Shown: piece by piece, positions 55,556 through 64,000 of the stretch
Layout of the letters: each line of letters begins with the position of its first letter
How positions within the stretch are numbered: position 1 is the first letter of the stretch
NCBI GenBank assembly: GCA_944345705.1
Contig: CALVML010000006.1
Coordinates: 2,202 to 66,201, forward strand
Origin: an uncultured Clostridia bacterium
Lineage (GTDB): Bacteria; Bacillota; Clostridia; Christensenellales; UBA1242
Direction: 5' to 3'
Length of the DNA stretch: 64,000 nt
Made by a program: the position numbers and the translations under genes
The notes under the pieces: model-generated
Databases searched by the model: none
What the model saw: only the letters and a program-made list of their open reading frames with translations
What the model was told of the DNA's origin: nothing

Positions 55556-55724
55556 AATTTTCTCCTCTATATTTTCATTATACTTGGGTGAGGGTAATTG
55601 TCAAGTACTTTTTTTAAAAAACATGCTTATTATTGGTTTTGATAAATTTTTATATATGAATTTAAGTTTTTAATTTTAATATTTAATTTACTTTAAAGGA
55701 AAAATTTGGTATCATATATTTACT

Positions 55725-57932
55725 ATGGAATTTGACGAAAAAATTTTAAATGAAGAGCAGTTGCAACCACTCAAACAGACAGAAGGGGCAGTGCTTGTAA
55801 CGGCAGGAGCAGGCAGTGGAAAGACCAGACTTTTGACTTATCGTGTTGCCTATCTTATAGAAGAAAAAGGGATTTCGCCTTACAATATTTTGGCGATTAC
55901 TTTTACCAATAAAGCATCAAATGAGATGAGAGAGCGTTTAATTCAAATGTTGCCACTTGCAAATGAGATTTGGATATCGACTTTTCACTCAATGTGTGCC
56001 AAAATGCTAAGAAGAGATATTGACAAAATGCCACCATTCACGCGTGACTTTTCTATATATAGTGAAAGTGAAAGTGAAAAAGTCTTAAAGGAAGTCTGTA
56101 TTGAACTCGGTCAAGATGATGACAAGTTTAGAAAGCGAGCACAATATCATTTGTCAAATTACAAAAATGGTGTGCAAGAATTAGATGAATATCTTTCTTC
56201 TCATGAAGATGAATATAGTATGGACAAGATCGGCAATGCGATAAGATTGTATCAAGAAAAGTTGAAAAAATACAACGCGCTCGATTTTGACGATCTTCTT
56301 CAAAAGACCGTACAACTTTTTGAAATGTGTCCGCAGGTGCTTTCCTATTATGCAAACAGATTTAGATATATTTTAGTTGACGAATTTCAAGATACCAACC
56401 TTATTCAATACAAACTCGTCAAGATGCTTGCAAGTGTGCATGGCAACATCTTTGTTGTCGGCGATGAAGATCAGTGCATATATTCATGGCGGGGAGCAAA
56501 CTTTCAAAACATATTCAACTTTAAACGTGATTTTAAAGACGTGCACGTCTATAAACTTGAAAGAAATTATCGGTCAAGCAAAGAGATAATACAGATAGCC
56601 AACAATGTCATAAAGAACAATCGACAGCGTCTTAATAAAAATATGTGGACGGATAAAGAAGAGGGCGAAAAACCCATTCTTTACAACGCGGTCGACGAGC
56701 GAGATGAGGCGCTTTTTGTTGCCAAAACAATTGAAAAGCTAAAAAGTCAAGGCTATAACTATAAGGATATGGCTGTACTTATGCGCATGAACTCACTCTC
56801 GCGAAATTTTGAAGAGGCATTTTTGTCTTATAACATTCCGCATAGAATTTTCGGTGGCTTCAAATTCTATGAGCGTGCCGAGATAAGAATTGTAATTGGC
56901 TACCTTCGTCTTTTTACAAATCCAAAAGACGATGTTTCATTTGCTCGTATAATAAACTTTCCAAAGCGCGGAATAGGTGATGGAACGCTTGCTCGCCTTG
57001 CTCAAATTGATCCTGATAAATCATTGCTTGAAAATGCTTTATCACCAGAATTTACGCAAAATCAAGCAATTTTTAAGAAATTTGCCGATTTTGTTGCGAT
57101 TTTTAAGAAATTATCTATAGAAAAACAAAATCCGATCTCAAAATTTGTTGAAAAAGTTATCACCGAATTTAAGATCAAGAGTGCTTTTAACATCAAAGAT
57201 GAAGAAGATTTGAATAGGATATATAATATAGAACAGTTTATTCAATCTGTACGCGAGTATGAAGCGCTCAATCCTGACAGCACACTATCAGATTTTCTTG
57301 AAAGCATTACACTGTATTCCGATAATGATCAAATAGGTCAAGAAGGTCAGGTGACAATTGCGACAGTACACGCTGTTAAAGGCCTTGAATTCAAAGTGGT
57401 GTTTGTTATAGGGCTTGAAGAAGGTGTTTTTCCTATTTCAAGAGCGCTCAATTCAAATTTTGAGCTTGAAGAAGAGCGCCGGCTTTGCTATGTGGCTTTG
57501 ACTCGAGCAATGGAAAGGCTTTATCTAACTTATGCCTCAAAAAGATATCTATATCGTGAAAGTCAATTTGAGGTGCCTAGTAGATTTTGTAGAGAGATTG
57601 GACTTTTATCTCTTGAAAGACCAAAACCAAGAGTCAATGTCGATAGATTTAATTATGAAGATAGCTATAAACAAAATATACCAAATAGAATTGTAAATTA
57701 CAACAAAGTTGAATTATGGAATAAAAATATACTAAGTGAGAAAAAGGAAGAATACAAACCTAAAAAAGATGTGAGCATATATCAAGTAGGACAAAAAGTT
57801 GAACATCCAAAATTTGGAGAAGGTATTATATTACAAATTTCATCTGATCATCTAGTTGGCGATATTGACTTTGAGAATTTCGGTAAAAAGAGTTTAATGC
57901 TAGAACTTGCACCTTTGACTATAATCGAATAA
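55725..57932 (+). CDS. pcrA: ATP-dependent DNA helicase PcrA (UvrD family)
   Basis: AGAGSGKTRLL (motif I), DEFQDTN (motif II), VGDEDQCIYSWRGA, TVHAVKGLEF. Conserved pcrA-ligA synteny. Confidence 0.95.
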   Translation: MEFDEKILNEEQLQPLKQTEGAVLVTAGAGSGKTRLLTYRVAYLIEEKGISPYNILAITFTNKASNEMRERLIQMLPLANEIWISTFHSMCAKMLRRDIDKMPPFTRDFSIYSESESEKVLKEVCIELGQDDDKFRKRAQYHLSNYKNGVQELDEYLSSHEDEYSMDKIGNAIRLYQEKLKKYNALDFDDLLQKTVQLFEMCPQVLSYYANRFRYILVDEFQDTNLIQYKLVKMLASVHGNIFVVGDEDQCIYSWRGANFQNIFNFKRDFKDVHVYKLERNYRSSKEIIQIANNVIKNNRQRLNKNMWTDKEEGEKPILYNAVDERDEALFVAKTIEKLKSQGYNYKDMAVLMRMNSLSRNFEEAFLSYNIPHRIFGGFKFYERAEIRIVIGYLRLFTNPKDDVSFARIINFPKRGIGDGTLARLAQIDPDKSLLENALSPEFTQNQAIFKKFADFVAIFKKLSIEKQNPISKFVEKVITEFKIKSAFNIKDEEDLNRIYNIEQFIQSVREYEALNPDSTLSDFLESITLYSDNDQIGQEGQVTIATVHAVKGLEFKVVFVIGLEEGVFPISRALNSNFELEEERRLCYVALTRAMERLYLTYASKRYLYRESQFEVPSRFCREIGLLSLERPKPRVNVDRFNYEDSYKQNIPNRIVNYNKVELWNKNILSEKKEEYKPKKDVSIYQVGQKVEHPKFGEGIILQISSDHLVGDIDFENFGKKSLMLELAPLTIIE

Positions 57933-58121
57933 AAAGTCTTTAATTGGTTTAAAATCCAGACTGCAAGGGCAAAGACAATGTAAAAATTAAAAACTAAAGA
58001 AAATTTAAAATCATCAAATTTTTAAAAATATAAGTAAAAAATGCAAAAAAACAATAAAAAATCTTAAATTTTTCGATTTTTTAGTAAAATATTTGTCAAT
58101 TTTTAATAAATGGAGTGATAA

Positions 58122-60086
58122 ATGGACGAGAAAGAAAACAATATCAAACTTATGCAAGAACTTATCAGCGAGATTGATAAGCACAACTATAATTATTATG
58201 TTTTAGACAATCCTACCATATCGGACAGCGAGTATGATAAACTTTACTACAGCCTTGTCGATCTTGAAAAAGAAACAGGTATTATTTTGCCAAACTCTCC
58301 AACTCAAAGGGTTGGCGGAGATGTGCTTGATAAGTTTGAAAAGAAAAGACATGTTGTGCCACTCTATTCGCTAAGCAAGGTACGTGATTTTGATGACCTT
58401 ACTAAGTGGGTGCGTGATATGCTTAAATTAAGTCCGCACACAAAGTTTGCTCTTGAATATAAATTTGATGGACTTCAAGTAGTCATTGAATATGATAATG
58501 GCAATTTTGTGAGTGCGACTACTCGCGGAAATGGTACGATAGGCGAAGATGTTTCCTTGCAAGTTAAGACTATCAAATCAGTGCCACTTTCAATTGACTA
58601 CAAAGGCAGGTTGATTGTGCAAGGCGAATGCATGATGACAAACAAAAACTTTGAGATATATAATAGGACAGCCGAAGAAAAACTGAAAAATCCTAGAAAT
58701 GCGGCAGCGGGCGCTGTAAGAAATTTAGATCCAAAGCAGACTGCAAAACGCAACCTTGACTATTTCTGCTACAGCATATTGTATTGTCCTGAAAGGCATT
58801 TTGATACGCAGGAAGAAATGCATGAATTTTTACAGCAAAATGGCTTTCAAACAGGGGACTATTTTAAAATATGCAATGATGAAAATGAACTTATTGCAGA
58901 AATTGAAAAGGTTGATAAGATAAAATCTGGACTTGATGTAATGATAGACGGAATGGTCATCAAAATAAATGATACAAAATATAGAGATGAAATCGGCTTT
59001 ACAGCAAAATTTCCTAGATGGGCAATGGCATACAAATTTGCAGCGACTGAAGCGACAACTCGCTTAAAAAGTGTTACATGGCAGGTTGGTCGAAGTGGCA
59101 GAGTGACTCCTATTGCAAATTTAGAGCCTGTCGAGCTTGCTGGTGCTACCATCAAACGTGCAACGCTTAACAATATAGACGATATACGCAAAAAAGATAT
59201 TTATGAAAACGCCATGGTCTTTATGAGAAGAAGCAATGAAGTTATTCCAGAAATCATGGGGCTTGCATCGAAAGACGAGAACTCGAGAAAAATTGAAATT
59301 CCCTCTCACTGTCCTTCTTGTAACAGCCTTTTGGTGCAAAAAGGACCACTCCTTTTTTGCGAAAATCACTATGGCTGTCGCGAGCAAATTATAGATAGAC
59401 TTTCTCACTTTTGCAGTAGAAATGCATTCAATATTGAAGGCGTTTCTGAAAAATCGATAGAGGCGTTTTATGAAAAATTAGAGGTTACTAAAGCAAGCGA
59501 TCTATTCTTGCTCAAAGAAGAAGATCTATTAAAACTTGAAGGTTTTAAAGAAAAAAAGGCAAAAAATATGATAAATTCAATAGAAAACAGCAAAATTATT
59601 GAATTAAATCGCTTTTTGTTTGCTCTCGGCATCATTGAAGTTGGCAGTAAAACTGCTCGTGATATTGCAAGTCATTTTAAAACACTTGCTGATATTAAGA
59701 ATGCAAGTTTAGAAAGTCTTGCCGAGATCGAAGATGTCGGGAATATAATTGCTCAAAACATATTTGATTTCTTCCGCGATCAAGAAAATCTGCAGGAAAT
59801 AGATAGACTATTTAAATTAGGTGTCAAAATAAAAGAAGTCCAAACTGATCAAAAGAGCGATATTTTAAAGGGAAAGACTATAGTAATAACAGGCACATTA
59901 TCAAGACCAAGGGCAGACTTTGAGAGAATGATTGAAGCTCATGGCGGAAAATCAAGCAGTAGTGTATCGGCAAAGACTGATTTCCTATTGCTCGGCGAAA
60001 ATGCAGGCTCAAAACTTGAAAAGGCAAAATCTCTAGGAATTAAAATTCTATCTGAACAAGACTTCTTAAAACTTATTAATGAATAG
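58122..60086 (+). CDS. ligA: NAD-dependent DNA ligase LigA
   Basis: Adenylation motif EYKFDGLQV, Cys4 zinc finger CPSCNSLLVQKGPLLFCENHYGC, HhH repeats and a C-terminal BRCT domain. Confidence 0.97.
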   Translation: MDEKENNIKLMQELISEIDKHNYNYYVLDNPTISDSEYDKLYYSLVDLEKETGIILPNSPTQRVGGDVLDKFEKKRHVVPLYSLSKVRDFDDLTKWVRDMLKLSPHTKFALEYKFDGLQVVIEYDNGNFVSATTRGNGTIGEDVSLQVKTIKSVPLSIDYKGRLIVQGECMMTNKNFEIYNRTAEEKLKNPRNAAAGAVRNLDPKQTAKRNLDYFCYSILYCPERHFDTQEEMHEFLQQNGFQTGDYFKICNDENELIAEIEKVDKIKSGLDVMIDGMVIKINDTKYRDEIGFTAKFPRWAMAYKFAATEATTRLKSVTWQVGRSGRVTPIANLEPVELAGATIKRATLNNIDDIRKKDIYENAMVFMRRSNEVIPEIMGLASKDENSRKIEIPSHCPSCNSLLVQKGPLLFCENHYGCREQIIDRLSHFCSRNAFNIEGVSEKSIEAFYEKLEVTKASDLFLLKEEDLLKLEGFKEKKAKNMINSIENSKIIELNRFLFALGIIEVGSKTARDIASHFKTLADIKNASLESLAEIEDVGNIIAQNIFDFFRDQENLQEIDRLFKLGVKIKEVQTDQKSDILKGKTIVITGTLSRPRADFERMIEAHGGKSSSSVSAKTDFLLLGENAGSKLEKAKSLGIKILSEQDFLKLINE

Positions 60087-60140
60087 AATATTTCTGAATT
60101 ATTAAAAAGATTGTTTTTAAGAAACTTTTATCTAATAAAA

Positions 60141-60174
60141 GGCTTGCCTTGTGGCAAGCCCTTTCAATTTTTTT
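60141..60174 (+). terminator. Rho-independent terminator after ligA
   Basis: GGCTTGCC-TTGT-GGCAAGCC followed by CTTTCAATTTTTTT. Confidence 0.8.
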
Positions 60175-60255
60175 ATTATTTATGCATATATATGTAAGAT
60201 AATAACGCAAAAATATTAAAAATTCAAGTTGACATTAATTTATAGTTAAAATTAA

Positions 60256-60284
60256 TTGACTATTTTTGTAAAAAATGTTACAAT
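60256..60284 (+). promoter_or_regulatory. Promoter of the RiPP operon
   Basis: TTGACT (60256-60261), 17-nt spacer, extended -10 TGTTACAAT (60276-60284). Confidence 0.65.
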
Positions 60285-60332
60285 ATAATTGATAATTTAT
60301 GTAAATTAAATTATCTAGAAGGAGGAGGGAAA

Positions 60333-60437
60333 ATGAAAAAGGCAAAAAAAATCACTAGAATTAAAATCGACAATTTAATTGATAATAGTCGTTTTGCAAA
60401 AGGTGATGGTTGGTCTAAAACAGACAATGCTTATTGA
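60333..60437 (+). CDS. RiPP precursor peptide, streptide-like KxxxW family (34 aa)
   Basis: MKKAKKITRIKIDNLIDNSRFAKGDGWSKTDNAY. RBS GGAGGAGG lies 5 nt upstream. The stop overlaps the radical-SAM start. AKGDGW equals the streptide core motif. Below the ORF-track size cutoff. Confidence 0.75.
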   Translation: MKKAKKITRIKIDNLIDNSRFAKGDGWSKTDNAY

Positions 60438-61770
60438 TTTATATCAATTAAGAGAAGGCATCATAGTGCGCCTTGAATATTTTGGTGGAATGATAATAGA
60501 CATAGTTAATAATGCCTATTATCAAATACCAAAATATGACGCATTAGTTTTATTTTGCTTAAAATATGAAAATAATATCAATGTAATTATCAATGAAATA
60601 TTAACCAAATTAGACATAAAAAAAGAAACATTTGATTGCAATTTATATGAAAAAGAAAATTTCATAGTCAAAATAAGTCAAAAAAATAATATTCATCGTG
60701 ATAATTTAAACTTATATTTATATATTAAAGATATTTTAAATAACATTGAAAATATAAATCACTTATCAGCGCCTTTAAATATATCCATTTATCCTTCTTT
60801 TTCCTGTCAAGCAAATTGCAATTTTTGTTATGTTAAAAATTATTGCAAAGACGATCATAGAATCATGCAGTTTCATGTTTTAAAAAAACTTATAGACGAT
60901 ATTGAAAGATTACAAATACCTTATGTTTCAATTTTGGGTGGTGAACCACTTTTACTGCCATATATAGAAGAGTTATTAGATTATATGTCAAAGAAACGCA
61001 TTATTTTCAATATAACAACGAATGGTTGGTTGTTAAATGAAAAAGTTATGTATTATATAAAAAAATTTAAAAATATTAATTTGTCAATTTCTTTACAAAG
61101 TATTGATAATTATCATACATTAGCAACAAAACTTAATTATAAAGAGATAATAAACAATATAAAAAATACTAGAGGCAATTGCAGAATTAATACTGTATAC
61201 ATAAATCAAACTTTCGAACAATTAGAAAAACTTGTTGATTTTGTTTATAACGAGGGAATAAAAACCTTTACATTGGCACTATATAATAATGTTAAATTGA
61301 ATCCAAAAGAACAAAATAATAATCACATAAAATTTTTAAACGCAAAACAGCATTTAAATAAATACATTAAAAGTAAACACTACGATATTGACTTTCGTGC
61401 AGAAGGCTGTTTACAGTATTTATTTGAGCAAAAAGTCAAAATAATTCCAAAAACGGATATAGAAAAAATTTTTACAAAGTGTGAGGCAGGTAATTTAAAA
61501 CTTGAAATTATGCCTAACGGAGATACAATCGGTTGCATGGCACTAGATAATAATTTTTTTAAAAGTGGAAATATTTTTGATAACAAATTAGAGGATATAT
61601 GGAATCATGATGAGAAGTTAAATTTATTAAGAAACTCACTATGTAAAGTAAGCGAGTGTAAAAACTGTAAATATTATTCTTTCTGCAATGGTGGATGTAC
61701 TGCGCAAAGATTTTTAACGAATAAGAATTTTGAAAAAGTAAAGGATGGAAGATGTTTAAAGAAAGCATAA
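60427..61770 (+). CDS. Radical SAM/SPASM peptide maturase (KxxxW cyclic-peptide type)
   Basis: CxxxCxxC cluster SCQANCNFCY, ILGGEPLL, and a C-terminal SPASM motif CKNCKYYSFCNGGC plus upstream CEAG..GC. ATG 60427 is chosen because the track start at 60379 lies inside the precursor ORF in another frame. Confidence 0.85.
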   Translation: MLIDLYQLREGIIVRLEYFGGMIIDIVNNAYYQIPKYDALVLFCLKYENNINVIINEILTKLDIKKETFDCNLYEKENFIVKISQKNNIHRDNLNLYLYIKDILNNIENINHLSAPLNISIYPSFSCQANCNFCYVKNYCKDDHRIMQFHVLKKLIDDIERLQIPYVSILGGEPLLLPYIEELLDYMSKKRIIFNITTNGWLLNEKVMYYIKKFKNINLSISLQSIDNYHTLATKLNYKEIINNIKNTRGNCRINTVYINQTFEQLEKLVDFVYNEGIKTFTLALYNNVKLNPKEQNNNHIKFLNAKQHLNKYIKSKHYDIDFRAEGCLQYLFEQKVKIIPKTDIEKIFTKCEAGNLKLEIMPNGDTIGCMALDNNFFKSGNIFDNKLEDIWNHDEKLNLLRNSLCKVSECKNCKYYSFCNGGCTAQRFLTNKNFEKVKDGRCLKKA

Positions 61771-63449
61771 ATTTTGAAGAATATAAAAAATTCAAAGCAA
61801 AATTTGAGTGTTTTGTTTTAGATGAGCAGTGGAGATATTCTCTAATGTTTGATTGTTTTTTAAGTGACAAAGTGAGAAATGAGACAACTAGAATGATAGA
61901 TTTTTTTACTGCTAATCCAAGGCCTAGTGATGTTTCAAAATATTTAAATTATTTAAGAAAAGAAGGTTTAAATCTTTTATATGAAAGTCAAAAACAAAAA
62001 GATGTAAGGCATTCTTGGGCAGAAGTGAGAGAATCTTATGCGTATTATGGATTAATTGAAGTTATAACAGAGGGCTCTAGTTATAGTGAAAATTTAATAG
62101 GCGAATTACAAGAAATTTATGGCGATAAGTATTTAACTGTGTTATCGGAAATCGACAATTCATCTCCATCAAAACTTACCAATTTCTCACAAAATAGTAA
62201 TGTAAATTTGTTTGATAATAATGATACGGTAAATAAATATTTGCTATTAAAAAAATGGCAAGACGAGCAAAATATATATCATAATAAAAAATTATATCCT
62301 ATTTTTTCAAAGTATAGAGATGAATTTAAAAAAGAATATGTAGCACGATATGGTGAAGTTGAATGTAGTGCTAGAGAGATGCTAGTATTGTCAGATTTGA
62401 GAGAACAATCAATTTTGCCTATTGACACATTAGCAATTTGGATAGATATTGGACTCGGAAATGAGTTAACAACAGTTATAGGTGGAAAAAATTATGGACT
62501 TGCACTATTAAAACAACACGAGCTTAATATTCCTAATACTTGGACTTTAACTTTAAATTCAAACTTAGATGAAAATTTTATACAAAATTTACCTTCAAAA
62601 TTTAATTATGCAATTCGTAGTTCTGCAAACGGCGAAGATGGTCAAAAAAATTCATTTGCTGGAATGTTTGATACAATTTTAGATGTTAATAAAAGTGATA
62701 TTTTAAATGCTGTCAATAAGGTTAAATATTCTTGCCAAAATTCTCGTGTTGCAGCATATATACAAAAATTTAATCTTCAACAACCAGAAATGTCCATTGT
62801 AATTCAAGAATTTATTCCTGCAGATATTTCAGGGGTATGGCTTGGCAGGGAAGAAAATTCTGGTATACTCGAGTGGGTAAATGGCAGCGGAGATCAGCTA
62901 GTATCTGGCACAATAACGCCAACAACTGAAATGATAAATTATAAAGCTGATATAAATAGTTTAAAGATAAACGGAAAGTATGTTGGAGATATTTTATTAT
63001 CATATCAAAAGAAAGTGGGCAAAATTTGTGATTTTGAATTTTGTATCAAAGATGATATATTGTACATGTTACAATATCGCCCTGTAACAGAAATTATTAC
63101 ACAACAAAGTGAAAATGATAATAGTAAAGTCAACGGAACGCCTGCATCAAAGGGAGTTGTCGAAGGTGAAGTTTGCTTTTTAGAAGATGTAGATGATATT
63201 GATAAATTTAAACCAAATACCATCCTGTTGACATATTATACCGATCCTGACTGGACAGAGGCTTTAGTGAGAGCAAAAGCAATAGTGACAGCAGAGGGCG
63301 GATTTCTATGTCATACAGCTATTATTGCAAGGGAACTAGGTATTCCTTGCATTACAGGAATAGGAAAGAAAAATTTAAAAAAATTAGCGAAATGCAAACA
63401 AATTGTGGTTAACGGAAATACTGGTGGCATAAAAGAATTGCATAATTAA
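61752..63449 (+). CDS. PEP-utilising-enzyme family protein (PPDK_N ATP-grasp + C-terminal mobile His domain), putative peptide-modifying phosphotransferase
   Basis: VIGGKNYGLALL...IPNTW...AIRSSANGEDGQKNSFAGMFDT...SIVIQEFIPADISGVW...GSGDQLVSGTITP (PEP/pyruvate-binding ATP-grasp). GTPASKGVVEGEV...ILLTYYTDPDWTEALVRAKAIVTAEGGFLCHTAIIARELGIPCITG (swivelling His domain). Start overlaps the rSAM gene by 19 nt. Confidence 0.8.
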   Translation: MFKESINFEEYKKFKAKFECFVLDEQWRYSLMFDCFLSDKVRNETTRMIDFFTANPRPSDVSKYLNYLRKEGLNLLYESQKQKDVRHSWAEVRESYAYYGLIEVITEGSSYSENLIGELQEIYGDKYLTVLSEIDNSSPSKLTNFSQNSNVNLFDNNDTVNKYLLLKKWQDEQNIYHNKKLYPIFSKYRDEFKKEYVARYGEVECSAREMLVLSDLREQSILPIDTLAIWIDIGLGNELTTVIGGKNYGLALLKQHELNIPNTWTLTLNSNLDENFIQNLPSKFNYAIRSSANGEDGQKNSFAGMFDTILDVNKSDILNAVNKVKYSCQNSRVAAYIQKFNLQQPEMSIVIQEFIPADISGVWLGREENSGILEWVNGSGDQLVSGTITPTTEMINYKADINSLKINGKYVGDILLSYQKKVGKICDFEFCIKDDILYMLQYRPVTEIITQQSENDNSKVNGTPASKGVVEGEVCFLEDVDDIDKFKPNTILLTYYTDPDWTEALVRAKAIVTAEGGFLCHTAIIARELGIPCITGIGKKNLKKLAKCKQIVVNGNTGGIKELHN

Positions 63450-63472
63450 TAAAATAAGAATAGAATATAGAT

Positions 63473-63540
63473 AGGTAGCAAGTTAACATTTATTTTGACA
63501 GCACTTTTTAACCGATGCTACCTTTTTTTTGCTAATCAAT
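63473..63540 (+). terminator. Terminator of the RiPP operon
   Basis: AGGTAGCA...TGCTACCT followed by a T8 run. Confidence 0.6.
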
Positions 63541-63585
63541 TTTGTCGCAATTTATTTTTATTTGCACCCTATTAAAAACTTGGTA

Positions 63586-63615
63586 TTGACAATTCGCTGT
63601 TGTTGGTTTAAAATA
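63586..63615 (+). promoter_or_regulatory. Promoter of the downstream membrane protein gene
   Basis: TTGACA (63586-63591), 18-nt spacer, TAAAAT (63610-63615). Confidence 0.5.
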
Positions 63616-63643
63616 TGCAGTGTTATTACAAGGAGTTTTATTA

Positions 63644-64000
63644 TGCAGGACAAGAAAATTATGTTTGATTTTGAAAAGTTTGATCCAAAAACACAAAAAC
63701 TACTTAATCATTTTAAAGAAAAAGTTTCTTCTTTAGGAAACTATGAACTTTATTCTTTGTATAAAAAAACAACAAACAAGGTCTACAAGCTTGCTCAAAA
63801 TTTGCACTCACAATCTTTTAAGCAAAATGTCGGGTTTACTTTTTTCTTGACTTGTCCTGTTTCTATGGGGTTATCACTTGGTTTGCTTCCTGAAGGCACA
63901 ATTAAAAATGTCGTCTTTGGTTTGACTACGGTTGCCTATCTTGTGACTGGTTGTCTTACAGCATATCAATATAATAAATGCGAAAAAGCAAAAGAGAAAT
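63644..64000 (+). CDS. Hypothetical membrane protein, N-terminal fragment (runs off the window)
   Basis: ATG 63644 follows AAGGAG. The frame is open to the window end (119 codons). Two hydrophobic segments (VGFTFFLTCPVSMGLSLGLL, VVFGLTTVAYLVTGCL). Not in the ORF track because no stop is present. Confidence 0.5.

Noticed and set aside
60379-60426. The ORF-track start (60379) for the radical-SAM gene.
   Set aside because: That start lies inside the precursor ORF in another frame. ATG 60427 (MLIDLYQLREG...) gives classic overlap coupling with the precursor stop.

Overview
64-kb chromosomal window from a low-GC, endospore-forming Bacillota (Clostridia-like) genome. No rRNA, tRNA or CRISPR was recognised. 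Left third: the 3' part of the dcw/sporulation cluster (murD fragment, SEDS ftsW/spoVE, CYTH protein, murA, ftsQ/divIB, ftsA, ftsZ, small ORF, spoIIGA, sigE, sigG, ylmC). Then nrdR, feoAB, a 1018-aa Listeria-Bacteroides-repeat surface protein, and a CIRCE-controlled hrcA-grpE-dnaK-(isochorismatase-like)-dnaJ operon. Middle: rsmE, a Cys/Pro-rich small protein, a ykvI-like permease, an ABC permease/ATPase pair, an ~8-kb phage-derived head-plus-holin module (no recognisable large terminase, tail, integrase or endolysin), two lipoprotein genes and comEC-holA. Between holA and der lies a ~7-kb AT-rich accessory island. It holds 1.9 kb with no ORF of 60 aa or more that is packed with iteron-like repeats, a hairpin-palindrome family and homopolymer tracts. 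It also holds two XRE regulators bracketed by inverted tandem arrays of a ~137-bp structured repeat, and two tandem paralogous ~540-aa proteins of unknown function. Right third: der, plsY (long acidic tail), spoIVA, a DUF4116 protein, pcrA and ligA. The strongest candidate system is a translationally coupled three-gene RiPP operon at 60.3-63.5 kb. It encodes a 34-aa precursor whose AKGDGW motif matches the streptide (KxxxW) core, a SPASM radical-SAM maturase, and an unexpected PEP-utilising (swivelling-His) phosphotransferase-like enzyme. All calls rest on motif recognition and reading the sequence by eye; no database search was run.
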